Of a stretch of DNA of 64,000 nt, positions 39,301 through 52,335 are shown piece by piece. The stretch is from Octopus vulgaris (taxonomy: Eukaryota). How positions within the stretch are numbered: the first letter of the stretch is position 1; each line of letters opens with the position of its first letter. The notes below the pieces were generated by a model. The model made no database searches, had not been told where the DNA came from, and saw nothing but the letters and a program-made list of their open reading frames with translations. The translations under genes were made by a program, and so were the position numbers. The DNA lies in the NCBI GenBank assembly GCA_951406725.2, contig OX597827.1, positions 51,336,001 through 51,400,000 of the forward strand. Direction: 5' to 3'.

Positions 39301-39454
39301 TAAAGAACTTCTTTGGTAATCACAAGTAACCAAACTACAAAGACAGTGGGAAGAATGCTGGAAAAGTTCGAGGCCTTAGGATGTAAAATGAGCATTAATG
39401 TTCATTTCCTACATGAACATGTGGATTCCTTTCCAGAAAATCTGGGGGCTGTGC
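36312..39454 (+). mobile_element. Chapaev3-type transposon with decayed transposase (37975-39454), split by an LTR and truncated by mariner
   Basis: FCYICGEF..LGDQDKKW..PMMWRDPTNHSDDCYF, then YTKLPCFFC, LLPP.PIKLDLVKQFVKA, NFFGNHK and HFLHEHVDSFPENLGAV (CMC C2C, LH and H4H motifs). Confidence 0.75.
36801..37866 (-). mobile_element. Solo LTR family X copy 2
   Basis: Co-linear similarity to 34773-35875. Confidence 0.65.
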
Positions 39455-39928
39455 TCATGAACGACGGATTTTGATAGGTTGAGGCTTTCTGCCAATTCTC
39501 GGATTGTGCAATGTGGGTTATTCGCAACTAATGACTTGATTTGGTCATCATCTGTAGTGGATGGTCTGCCTGATCACTCTTTATCAATAAGGCTACAATC
39601 TCCAACTCGGAACCTTGCGAACCACTTCCGTACAATTCTTTCGGATAAAGAAACATCACCGTAAACTGCGCATATTTCTTTGGTTGTTTGTGAGGCATTT
39701 TTCCCTTTACGGAAAAAGAAAATGAACTTTCTTATCTTCCATTTTAAATGGTTACAGAATTAACACAGGTTATATATAGGAACATAAACCTTCTTCCACG
39801 AAAAGATAGCTTAAACTGTGCTCTAAATGGAGGTGTAGTCAAATCCTATTTTATGGACTCAACCATGTTCTAAAATAAGTGGAAAGGTAAGCTACTATAA
39901 ATCGGCATGAACTTTCCGGACAACCCAG
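39455..39928 (-). mobile_element. mariner transposon left end with N-terminal transposase remnant
   Basis: TA-CTGGGTTGTCCGGAAAGTTC terminus. KGKNASQTTKEICAVYG..VRKWFARFR.G..SGRP..NNPHCTIRELAESL. Confidence 0.85.
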
Positions 39929-40381
39929 TAACTTCTGGAACCATACGAAATGCGTATGAACAACTCAGTAAGCATTTAGGAATTCAGTGCAGTGCTAGTG
40001 ACGGTTAGTTGTGGCGTTTCGGTAACAAGCATGGACTGCGTGATACACAGGTGAGGGGTGAGACTGGTAGGGCAGATGCGGCAGGTGCTGAGGTTTGTCG
40101 GGTTAAGCTAAATGAGCTGATTAAGAAAGAAGGTCTTCTTATGTCCCAGGTGTACAACACCGATGAAACTGGCTTATTTTGGCGCTTTCAGCCTAATAAT
40201 ACGCAAGCACGTAAGGATGAAGAAGTAATAAGAGGAAAGAAAACATCAAAGGAAAGGATTTCGGCACTTTGTTGTGCTAACGCTGACAGTATGCACCGAC
40301 ATAAGTTGTTGGTTGTTGGTAAATCATCTCGGCCCCGTGCATTGAAAGATCACATGCACACCTTGCCAGTTCTTTATTACC

Positions 40382-40634
40382 TATTTCTTTACTACCCACA
40401 AGGGGCTAAACATAGAGGGGACAAACAAGGACAGACATAGGTATTAAGTCGATTACATCGACCCCAGTGCGTAACTGGTACTTAATTTATCGACCCCGAA
40501 AGGATGAAAGGCAAAGTCAACCTCGGCGGAATTTGAACTCAGCACGTAACGACAGACGAAATACCGCTAAGCATTTCATCCGGCGTGCTAACGTTTCTGC
40601 CAGCTCGCCGCCTCCTTTATTACCACTCCAGCTC
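40382..40634 (-). mobile_element. Young SINE family 1 in Tigger
   Basis: 17-bp TSD gccagttctttattacc (40365-40381 and 40635-40651). Confidence 0.85.
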
Positions 40635-40951
40635 GCCAGTTCTTTATTACCACACCAAGAAAGCTTGGTTTAATGTTTCCATTTTCTCTGACTGGTTATA
40701 TAAGCATTTTGTACCAGAAGTGCGAAGGTACCAGGAGGACGTGTTGAAGTTTCACCCTGATGATGTAAAAACTCTTCTCCTTTTAGATAATGTGCCTTCT
40801 CACCCCGGTGCTGTGAAGCTTGTAAGCGCTAACAACAGAATTCGTGTTATGTGTTTGCCTGCAAACAATCACATCACACATTCAGTCAATGGACCAAGGT
40901 GTCATCAGTGCCTGTAAAAGAAGATACCAACGACGCTATTTAAATGAGGTT

Positions 40952-41368
40952 TAAGGCAGCGAGCTGGCAGAAACGTTAGCACGCCGGGCGAAATGCTTAG
41001 CGGTATTTCGTCTGCGTTACGTTGTGAGTTCAAATTCCGCCGAGGTTGACTTTGCCTTTCATCCTTTCGGGGTCGATAAATTAAGTACCAGTTACGCACT
41101 GGGGTCGATGTAATCGACTTAATACCTATGTCTGTCCTTGTTTGTCTCCTCTGTGTTTAGCCCCTTGTGGGTAATAAAGAAATAGGTATTTCGTCTGTCG
41201 CAACGTTCTGAGATCAAATTCCGCCGAGGTCGACTTTGCCTTTCATCCTTTCGGGGTTGATAAATTATGTACCAGTTACCCACTGGGGTCGATGTAATCG
41301 ACTTAATACCTATGTCTGTCCTTGTTTGTCCCCTCTATGTTTAGCCCCTTGTGGGTAATAAAGAAATA
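40952..41368 (+). mobile_element. Young SINE family 1 tandem dimer in Tigger
   Basis: A perfect 17-bp TSD gctatttaaatgaggtt (40935-40951 and 41369-41385) encloses both units. Confidence 0.9.
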
Positions 41369-42397
41369 GCTATTTAAATGAGGTTATGGTGGTTCTCGAG
41401 AATGGGCAGGATATAGAAAACGACACCAGAGGACTACATACACTTCAAAACATACGGAATTACACTATTAAATCTGCCATATTTAACTTTTCTAATTCGT
41501 GGAAGGATCTGAAAATATCTACCTTAGCAAATAGCTGGAAGAAACGCCTAATTGGTGCAGAACCTGATTACAACTTCGTATGCTGCAGCGTGCAGGTGAG
41601 AAAGATATAGCCTTGGGGGATGTTCAAGATTGGCTGGATGAAAATGAGAGTGATCCGGGATACCAGATACTTTCAGATGAAGAGATTGTTGCAGAGATGG
41701 TCGGCACCCAAGAGAGTAACAGCAGTGACGTGGAAGACGAGGTGCCGGTAACATTGCCAAAACTGTCGGAGGTGAGTAACTGTATGGACACCGTGCTACA
41801 GTTTGTGGAACACATCAAGAATAGAGATATCAATGTTCATTATGGAAATTTCTGAATTCTTCGAGAAGCCATAATTAAAGAATAATTTCAAAGCGGCAAG
41901 CAGTTTAAAATTAGACAGCTTTTTCAAACAAGTACAGACTCCGCGATTACCTGATGCACGAGGGTTACCAGCCTGTCCGCCCTCACTCTCACCTAATGAA
42001 CCACCAGCCTCTACCTCACATTGTTCAAGTACTACTGATACAACTATACCACCAGTACAGCTTACAACCAGCGGTACATCATTGGAGCTGCAAAGCTCCA
42101 GTGATTCAGAATAAATTTCTAAGGCCCCACTATACGATCACGGCATATCACCAGCACTTCTTCACCATCCATGGTAAGTCTGATTTTAAAATTAAAATGT
42201 TGAATTTACTGTATTATAGAGTATATTTACAGTGTACATGTATTTTACACTGTCAGATTGGACAGAGCGCTTGATTAAAAGTACAGTACTGTATTTATTC
42301 CTCTGTCTTTCGTAATGTAATTGTTGATATTGGCCACTCCAAACGTAACCTAACCTTAGTGTCGGTACCTGTATATATATATATATATGTGTATGTA

Positions 42398-42436
<39 letters not shown>

Positions 42437-42445
42437 GTGTATGTA

Positions 42446-42486
<41 letters not shown>

Positions 42487-42490
<4 letters not shown>

Positions 42491-42692
42491 ATCCAAACAA
42501 GAAAGCACAAAAAAAACACAACAACGCGAGGACGTGGAACAAATATAGTATTATTGGACACTCAGGAAAGATGAAAGATGAAAGGGTTTAACGTTTCGAG
42601 CGGAGCTCTTCGTCGGAAACATAGGAGAAGGAAAGATCTAGAGAAGGGAAGACAGAGGAAAAAAAATCGCCAACGGTACACACGAGGTCACA
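42487..42692 (-). mobile_element. Penelope-like solo pLTR family A with HHR (42586-42620, U4C core)
   Basis: GTTT-CCGACGA-A-GAGC(tcc)GCTC-GAAACGTT-AAAC, flanked by (TA)n. Confidence 0.7.
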
Positions 42693-42722
42693 TATATATA
42701 TATATGTATGTATGTATGTATG

Positions 42723-42756
<34 letters not shown>

Positions 42757-45277
42757 TATATGTATGTATGTATGTATATATGTATGTATATGTGTATGTG
42801 CGCATGTATTTGTGTGTCTGTATTTGTCCGCCTACTATCACTTCACAACCGATGTTGGTGTGCTTACCTCCCCGTAACTTAGTTCGGCAAAAGAGACCGA
42901 TAGAATAAGTACTAGGCATACAAAGAATAAGTCCTGGGGTTGATTCGTTCGACTAAAGGCGGTGCTCCAGCATGGCTGCAGTCAAATGACTGAAACAAGT
43001 AAAAGAGTAAAAGAGAAAATGTGAAGCGTCCCTATGTTATGAGTAATAGCACCAGCAGAATCCAGCAACTCAGTCAAGAGCTTAAGAGCTCGAGACAGCA
43101 GCTCAATGGGACGAGAGAGGTAGTGGAAAATACTCCACAAGAAGCTTTTAACACTGAAGAGAGCTGAGTAGTATAGGAGACAGCGGAAGGAGAGAAATAG
43201 AGAGAGAGAGCCAGGAAGTGATCGACTTGCACCTCAGAGTCGCCTTCAGTGTTATTCCAGGGACCAAGTCCACCTTCTCCAACTACAGAATTTGATATGA
43301 GGGAGCTTAGTTAGAATGAGATCCAGAATGTGGTCAGAAAGCCAAGAGTAGGTTTAGCTCCCGGGCCGAGTGTAAAACAATTGCATAACGGTGCTTTGCA
43401 GGATTTTGGGGGTGATTTGGAAAAAAGTAAGGTGGTTTGGCAGTGGAGGTGCGTAGAAAGGATGAGGATTCCAAAAGAAGAAGTAGAGTCAAAGTCCATC
43501 AGTCAGTTTAGAATAATCACTTCCTTCAGTTTTGAGACGATAATCTTCAGTATTTTGCTGCCAGGTGCCTGATGAACTACCTCCTGAAGAATTCCTAAAT
43601 TTATTCAGTTCAGAAAGAAGGAATTCCAATGGACTCAGGGTGTCTAGAGCACTTAGGTGTGGTCAATCTGTTAATCAGGAAATCCTGAGAGAACAAGGAA
43701 GATCTAGTAGTGCTGTGGTTATGTACCCATAGGTATTCTTGCCAATACCTAGAGGTCCATACTCTATAAGCTGGTTTAAGAAGCTCCGAAAAGGTATCAT
43801 GTCCAAGACAGGTTCAGCAATCTCATTCTAGATTACAACGTTTTCAATCTGAGAATCTCTGCAGCTTCTACATCAGAGTGACACAAACTCAAGAAGGTCA
43901 TCATCACTGAATATATCATTTAGAGACTCTTTTCGCGCTCGCAATGAACATGTTGGTAAAGTTAGTGGAAATGCAACGTCGAAAGCCACTCACCATGTTT
44001 GGTGTTCGCCCTATTAGAGTCTTTATGAATAACCTAACTGTAACAACCTTAGTCGTTAAGAACAGGAGGATCCTAAAAGGCTTTAACAGTTTGATAGCAT
44101 GGGCTCACATGAATTTCAAGCTAGCTGAGTTAAGATATCTTGTGCTGAAGAAAGGCAAGGTTAGAATCAGGTTCAGCACGTCAATAGCGCTCAGATACCA
44201 TCCATCATTGAGAAACCAGTGAAGAGCCTGGGAAAGGTTTTTAACATTAACCTGAGAGAAATGTCTCTCTGTGAAACCAACAAGATACTGGAGACCTGGA
44301 TGTCCGCAGTGGACAAGCCATGATATCCTAGCAAGTTTAAGTCTTAGATTTACCACATAGGATCTTCTCATTGATTCTTTGGCTGCTTTTGGTATGAGTC
44401 TCGATGTCCCTGCAGAAATGGTTGGAGCTTCCTCGGCGCCTGAACCACGTCGTCCTGCATGGAAAAAAAAAAACAAGTTGAAAGCAGCAAATTCATGGTG
44501 ATCCATGCCGGAAGGTGTTACAATGCTAAAACTCCTGCCACCCTAAAGTCTCTCTGACTGGTATTGAAATCAAAATAGGACGGAAGTGAAGAACAATGGA
44601 GGCCGTCAAGGCTGCAGAGACGCAGTTAAGACATGAAACACTCGTGGATGTTTTACTTCGGAGAAAGGCTGGCCTGAGGAGTTCTACAATACCCCACTAC
44701 GACAAGATGCAAGAAAAGAATAGGAGACGACTGATCTGGGATGAGGTGTGAGCTTCGATTAAAGAAGAATGAGCCAGCAAGTGTGCTGGGATGCGGCGCC
44801 AAGGAGCCTGGCTAAGATGGGACCAAGCAGTGGTACGCCAAGTCTCATGGCACGGCCTTCGGAAAATGGAGCTCTACCAGATAAAATTCCTAATTCAGGC
44901 GGTTTACGATTTCCAAAAGAATCCATTTAATTTATTCTGCCTGGAGTGACCTGATAAGCCCCTGTGTCCGAGGAACAGACCCCTGGAGCACATTCTAATA
45001 GGCGTCCAAACGTCCTGAGAGAGGGATGCTACTGCTGGAGGCATTACCAGGTTATGACGATCAAAGCAAACACTATCCGAAGCGGGATTAGCGATAGCAG
45101 TCACCTCTGCCCTCCGAAGTTTAACATGGAGAAGACGCCAGCTACTAGGCCCGCCCCCTCGGGCCTACTAGTCATGGAAAAAACTGGGAGTTGAAAATCA
45201 ACCAGAAGAAACAGCTGAAGTTTCCTGAAACTGTCGCTTCAACATTACACAGACTAGATATGGTGCTGATAAGAATG

Positions 45278-45771
45278 TGTAGTGGTGATTCGAAACCGAA
45301 TCTCTTGATAAGCTGTCAGACATCACGAATAAGCCGCAATAGTTTCACGCGATCGATCTATTAAGCAACCAATCAACATCCAACCACTGCGTGGTTCAAT
45401 TTTCTTGAATTTTCTTTTTGTGCCCCATATAAAAGCCACTTTTTGGCGTCTAAAATCTTAGCAGAGTGTTGAGACTGGCCTCCCATTCACACGTCTCACC
45501 TCATAACAGGCAGAGTATTGAAAGCTGGGTGAAATGCATCTCCAATCTTGTTTTTGGATATTTGCACAGATATCTTCAGGTTCTCATAAGTAAATTCTTT
45601 GAAGGTAGCGCGGTTTTTCCATCTCTACCAGTAAGTAATTGTTGCTGTTATTATTTGTAAAAGACCAATACAGTTAAAACACTATGTCCAGTAATAAAAT
45701 CTTCTGTTACTTGTCGTAAGTGTAGTTACTTTTTCACGCAGTCCCAAGATACATTTTTTTTACCATCAACA
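45278..45771 (+). mobile_element. Solo LTR inserted in HERO
   Basis: TGTAGTGGT...ACCATCAACA ends, CCAAT at ~45369, TATAAAAG at ~45428 and AATAAA at ~45694. Confidence 0.65.
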
Positions 45772-45840
45772 AAACAGCAGCTACAATGACTACTGTACGA
45801 CCAAACAACAGCTCGAAAAATCTATAGATGAGTAGGTTGT

Positions 45841-46457
45841 TGTTGAACCACCTAATGTGACTCACTCAGAAGGCTGTAATAACATTTGACAGGAAATCCG
45901 GTAAGAAGAAATACATCGAACAAGATGGTAACTTTAAACGTCTTTAATGCCGGCCACACGTATATATACATAAGCTGAATGATCAATGGAAGTGGTTGAT
46001 GGACATTTATTCATATATCTACATGCATCTGCATGGGTTGTATGTTTGCTGATAACCCTGGTGAGAAGCTCACGAACAGCGATATGTTACAACCAGTGCA
46101 ATGTTGTCGGTGCTGTGTATGTGTTGCTGACGACGTTGATGTAGCAACGAAGATGGAGGTCGCTGTAATGTGGTCAGTATTTTGACCTTAGAAGGTCTGA
46201 AACCAACAGACTCCGAGACTAGAAGGGAGTGAGTTTTTATATAGCTAATGGTAGGCTTAAGTGCAGTTTAGAACAGACTGTCTCACGTGATTTATTTGGA
46301 GGCTGCGATTGGTTGGGTTGCATATTGGCGCGCGATAGAGTAAGAGACAAATTGCGCCAATACCAACCAATCAGAATGTTAGACACAACCGGGTCCAAAA
46401 CAGCGTCCAAAGGTTAGCTATTGCCTGCTACGTTCGTGTATGTATGTATATATAACA
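45841..46457 (-). mobile_element. Solo LTR family X copy 3 (internally shorter)
   Basis: TG...CA ends and the same CCAAT/E2F-like/TATA cassette as copies 1 and 2. Confidence 0.65.
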
Positions 46458-47178
46458 GAGAGAGGAAGTTCACTAGAGTTCGCAACAAATGCAAGCAGGT
46501 GGTTTTCCATTACCTGTGAGAACCGCATCAAGGAGGCAGCTGAAACAAAGTATGATGCCATCAAAGTCGGGTGCAGAGGGTTGCAGGTCAGTTCCTCTGC
46601 AGAGCTCACAAGCATGCTTGACATCACAGGGACCAATTGGCGGAGAGCAGTCAGGATGGCTGTGGGGAGGGGGGGGGGGGGCAACTGAAGGGTTACCTGA
46701 AGACGGCCGTAGATCGGGTAGAGCGAACATTAGAAGGAACAGTGTTATCAGAGTAAGTGCTGGCTGGACACAAAACGGGGCTTGATCAAACCCAGCTGGG
46801 TCACCTGGGCGAGGGTGTCTGATATTGAAAGACCTGAAACACCTAATTAGCCCACTTGACCCCTTGTCAACATCACTGATGATGTGTCCAAGTGCCATTA
46901 CAGGATGATGTATGGAAAACCATCAAAGTTATGTGCAGAGGGTCGGCAAGCCAGTCTCTCTGCAGAACTTACAAACATCTTTCGCACCACAGGGGCCAAT
47001 TGTCGAAAAGCAGTCAGGCTGGCTGTGTAGACAAGCAGTAGGGTGTGGATCATGCCGACCTCAGGAAAAATAACTGATGTGTTCAGGTGCATCACAGGAT
47101 GATGTATGAAAAACTATGTATGTATGTATGTATGTATGTATGTATGTATGTATGTATGTATGTATGTATGTATGTATG

Positions 47179-47228
<50 letters not shown>

Positions 47229-47293
47229 TATTAAAAAAATTCAAGGTTTATATCATCACCTGTAATTTGATATATACGTACATATATATATAC

Positions 47294-47350
<57 letters not shown>

Positions 47351-48079
47351 ATGTATGTATGTATGTATGTTTGTACATATGTATGTTTGTATGTATGTAC
47401 GTACGTATGTATGCATGCATGTATGTATGTATGTATGTATGTATGTATGTATGTATGTATGTATGTATGTATGTGTGTATGTATGTATGTATGTATGTAT
47501 ATACGTTTGTATATACATGACAAGATCACAATCAACAAAACTTCGAAGTCCCCATCACCACTTTTCCTTGAGATAAGTACCACACCTTCAGTAAAAGTCA
47601 CTTCCTTTTAAGTTTGGCTTATATATTAAAATGCACACACGTTATGTACATACATACATGCATATAGTACATTATTTCACCTAAGATCTGTACTCTTCTA
47701 AAAAATATACATATGTATATACGCACACATTTTACATATGGAAAATATTGTACACACGTATATAAATATATGTATACGTGCGTGTATGAAATGCTTTTGT
47801 GATCATAATTCTTTATGATTAGCTTTCAAACTGTCTACAAGAAGAGACAGTTTTTTAAAAAATATACTATTAAGCACAACGTCGCCTGTCAAAGACAGAA
47901 TATATTTTACACCGAAATATCTGTATGTATGTATGTATGTATATACACATACAGTGTACGTCCATCAATGTACACGTACACACACACTAAGCAAACACGG
48001 AAGCGGCGACACACAGACAACATAATTTATTTGCTAAAAAACTATGGTGCTGTAATCTGGACCAGCCTTACATATGTCT

Positions 48080-48900
48080 GTCGACCTCGCTCAGACACAC
48101 ACACACAGAGAAAAAGTTCTCTCTCTTTACTTGCCTGTCTTTTTTCTCACTTTCTCACACACACACACACACATACAGACTCACACCGGCCTGTCGGACG
48201 GAGAGAGAAAATATTGCAGCGACTGATCTGTTTTTCTCTTCTGATCAACATCTCCACCAGATATTCTATTCTTCCTTACATGTTTAAATATGTATATAAA
48301 TCCTGGAACCTCTAACTATTCTTAAAGCCAGCATCAGTTTTTTTTTTTTTTATATAGAAAAAAAGCAATAGACATTTCACCTCTTTTTTCACTCCATGTT
48401 CTTGTAGTTTAAACAGGACAAACATTCATAGACTTTCCTCTATCTATCACTGTCTCAGAGACATTTTTTACTCCCAAGTAATCATAATACTCTTTCTCTT
48501 TCTCTTTCCAACACACTCACACTTAACAGGATCAATATATAAAAAGCTATTTTTTTTCCCATCCTCCACAGTTTATAGACCAGTACATTTTTTTTTTATA
48601 CACACATCAAACACTGCTGTGAGTACTATATACAACTACAAGATACAGGAGAAGCATCAAAACTAGACCAGAATTTCGGCGAAAAATTATCCCGCACCTG
48701 CAGTAACCAGAACAAAACGACAGAGTAAATAACAACAAAGGAATCAGAGAAAGGTGTCGCCAGGACAGTTAGAAGGCAAGTGTCTGGATCTCTCCACTCA
48801 TGGTTATATTTTTTTAACATTGCTGATGGTTTACTTTTTTTAGGAGAGAAAAAAAAAAACATTACGAGATGGCGGCAGAGAATTTCTTTGTTCCTTTTAC
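48080..48900 (+). promoter_or_regulatory. Probable promoter and non-coding first exon of the plus-strand ZNF
   Basis: Unique, CpG-containing sequence with CT/CA tracts. It has a YY1-like GAGATGGCGGC at 48866-48876 and candidate donors gct|GTGAGT (48619) and aag|GCAAGT (48776). Confidence 0.45.
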
Positions 48901-49009
48901 AGCGATTATTTGATTATTTCTTCTCTCCTTCTCATTTTTTTCGTTTCTTTATTTTTAATCTGTTGTTATACCGACATAACTTTTTATTTATTTATATTTA
49001 CATTACATA

Positions 49010-49081
49010 AACTTTAAATATATATAAACAAACACATACACACATACGCATACATTTTATATGTATGTATATCATATGTGA

Positions 49082-49127
<46 letters not shown>

Positions 49128-49272
49128 GTGTGTGAATATATAAATGTGTGTATACATAGATATATACATATATATATATACATACACACATGTACACATA
49201 TATATATACACACAAATACATATATATAGTATATATATATATATATATATGTATGTATATAGAATATATATA

Positions 49273-49303
<31 letters not shown>

Positions 49304-49812
49304 GTTACACATATATATATATAGTTATATGATATACATACATACACAAACATATATATACATATGCATGTATATTTCACTATGTGTATGTATTTCAACA
49401 TAGCTTGCCAGATAAGGGCTGATCTTGTCAATCGTGTCTTCATACACGTTAACTATTCGGGCATCAGTGTGTTCACAAACATTTCATTTGTGTTAGCATC
49501 AGCTCACACAAAATGAAATGTTTGTGGATTTTAACCAGAACACACATGAAACTGAAATGATGGCATAAATAGAATTCAAATCTGTCCAGCACACTGTTGT
49601 GTCAATTTTTCTTCTCTTTCCCATCCATCTCACTTATGTGTCTGGAGGTACGTATGTCAAAAACTTAAAAGAAATCATAAACGTACATAATCTCACACAG
49701 ATGTGTAGGTATGAATGTATATATAGGTATATACATATATATATACACACACACATTTTCAGCTACATATGTGTATGAATATATAAAATATATAACTATA
49801 TATATATATAAC

Positions 49813-49843
<31 letters not shown>

Positions 49844-50041
49844 TATATATATATACACACTATATATATATTCTATATACATATATATATATACTATGTA
49901 TACTACATGTATGTATTTGTGTGTATGTATATATGTGTATATGTGTGTGTATGTATATATATATATATATATATATGTATTTATATATGTATATATTTTT
50001 ATATGTATATAATGTACATAAATATGTACATGTATATGTAT

Positions 50042-50079
<38 letters not shown>

Positions 50080-50449
50080 GCATATGTATATATATGTATA
50101 TATATATATATACTTTATTTAAAAGCAGCAGAAATATGTGCATATATATATATATATGTTATTATACATGTATCTATATGTATATGTATGTATATATGTA
50201 TACATATGTATATGTATTTATATATATATATATATATATAGATATATATATACATACATATACATATGTATACATATATACATACATATACATATCAATA
50301 TATATGTATATATGTGTATATATATATGTATATGTATACATATATATATGTGTATAGATATGATATATAGATATATGTATATATATATATGTTTATATAT
50401 ATATATGTATATATATATATGCATATATATATGTATCTGTGTATATATA

Positions 50450-50480
<31 letters not shown>

Positions 50481-51129
50481 GGGTGTATATATATATGTGT
50501 GTGTATGTATATATGTATACATATGTATATGTATGTATATATATATATATACATACATATGTATACATATATTGTGGTAAGTAGCTTGCCTACCAACCAC
50601 ATGGTTCTGGGTTCAGTCCCACTGCGTGGCATCTTGGGCAAGTGTCTTCTGCTATAGCCTCGGGCCGACCAAAGCCTTGTGAGTGGATTTGGTAGACGGA
50701 AACTGAAAGAAGCCTGTCGTATATATGTATATATATATATATATGTATGTGTGTGTATATGTTTGTGTGTCTGTGTTTGTCCCTCTAGCATTGCTTGACA
50801 ACCGATGCTAGTGTGTTTACGTCCCCGTCACTTAGCGGTTCGGCAAAAGAGACCGATAGAATAACTACCTGGATTACAAAGAATAAGTCCCGGGGTCGAT
50901 TTGCCGACTAAAGGCGGTGCTCCAGCATGGCCGCAGTCAAATGACTGAAACAACTAAAAGAGAAAAGAGTAATATACATATCAATATATATGTATATATG
51001 TGTATATATATATGTATACATATATATATATGTGTGTAGATATGATATATAGATATATGTATATATATATATATGTTTATATATATATATGTATGTATAT
51101 ATATGCATATATATATCTGTGTATATATA

Positions 51130-51162
<33 letters not shown>

Positions 51163-51374
51163 CATCATCATCGTTTAACGGCCATTTTCCATGTTAGCAT
51201 GAGTTGGACGGTTCGACTGGTGTCTGGGAATCCAGGAGGCTGCACGAGTCCCAAGTCTTATCAGTGTTTCTACAGCTGGATGCCCTTCCTAACGCCAACA
51301 TCTCTGCAAGTGTAGTGGGTGATTTTTACATGCCATCGGCACAGATGGGAAACAGGGCGGTGCTGGCACCGACC

Positions 51375-51452
<78 letters not shown>

Positions 51453-51621
51453 ATATACCTTTGTATATATATGTGTGTATATATATATATGTGTGTGTAT
51501 ATATATGTATACATATATATGTGTGTATATATATGTATACATATATATATGTGTGTATATATATGTATACATATATATATGTGTGTAAATATATATGTAT
51601 ACATATGTATATGTATATATG

Positions 51622-51654
<33 letters not shown>

Positions 51655-51665
51655 GTATATATATG

Positions 51666-51699
<34 letters not shown>

Positions 51700-52209
51700 T
51701 ATATTTGTATGTATATATACGTATGTATATATATATATTTGTATGTATATATATATTTGTATATATATATGTATATGTATATACCTATATATATACATAT
51801 ATATCTATATGTGTATATATATGTGTATATATATATATGTCTATACTTAGTATGTATATAACTTAGTTTGATTTGAAAACCCCACTAGAATGGGAGAAAG
51901 CGCTAATGATCTAAGTGATATGATATATATATAAAAAATGTAATATATAAATAAATATCTGTAAATATAAACCATCCGATCTTCTGATTACCTCATTTCT
52001 TCTAATATATATGCATATATATATATATATGTGTATATATGTATATATATGCATATATATATATGAATATATATATATGTATATGTATATATGTATATAT
52101 ATATATGTATATATGTATATATATATATATGTATATATGTATATATATGCATATATATATTTATATATATGTGTGTGTATATATATATATGTGTGTGTGT
52201 ATATATATA

Positions 52210-52240
<31 letters not shown>

Positions 52241-52335
52241 GTGTGTATATATATATGTATATATATATGTGAATATATAGATATATATGTATATATCATC
52301 ATCATCATCATATGTGTATATATATGTATATATAG
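49010..52335. repeat. Long compound (TA)/(TG)/(TATG) microsatellite field with embedded SINEs
   Basis: Read directly. Confidence 0.9.
50573..50970 (+). mobile_element. SINE family 2, near full length
   Basis: tRNA-like head with gggttcagtccc, CORE-like atcttgggcaagtg, internal (TA)/(TG) tract and A-rich tail. Confidence 0.85.

Larger units (their letters stand above)
39931..42371 (+). mobile_element. Tigger/pogo transposon relic with two SINE insertions
   Basis: CENP-B-like ASDG.LWRF, then YNTDETGLFW and LLLLDNVPSHP. The right end reads ...GTCGGTACCTG-TA. Confidence 0.85.
43020..47105 (+). mobile_element. Decayed HERO-type (R2-group) non-LTR retrotransposon, split by two LTRs, with a duplicated 3' end
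   Basis: RT motif FALAMNMLVK..PIRVFMNNLTVTT..LIAWAHMNFK..LVLKKGKV. Restriction-like endonuclease RLDMVL..ENRIKEAAETKY..IKVGCRG. 3' UTR gaaagacctgaaacacc..cactgatgatgtgtcc. Confidence 0.75.

Noticed and set aside
46815-46895. CTGATATTGAAAGACCTGAAAC and CTGATGA near the HERO 3' end as a hammerhead
   Set aside because: No consistent stem II or III. It is better explained as the HERO 3' UTR.
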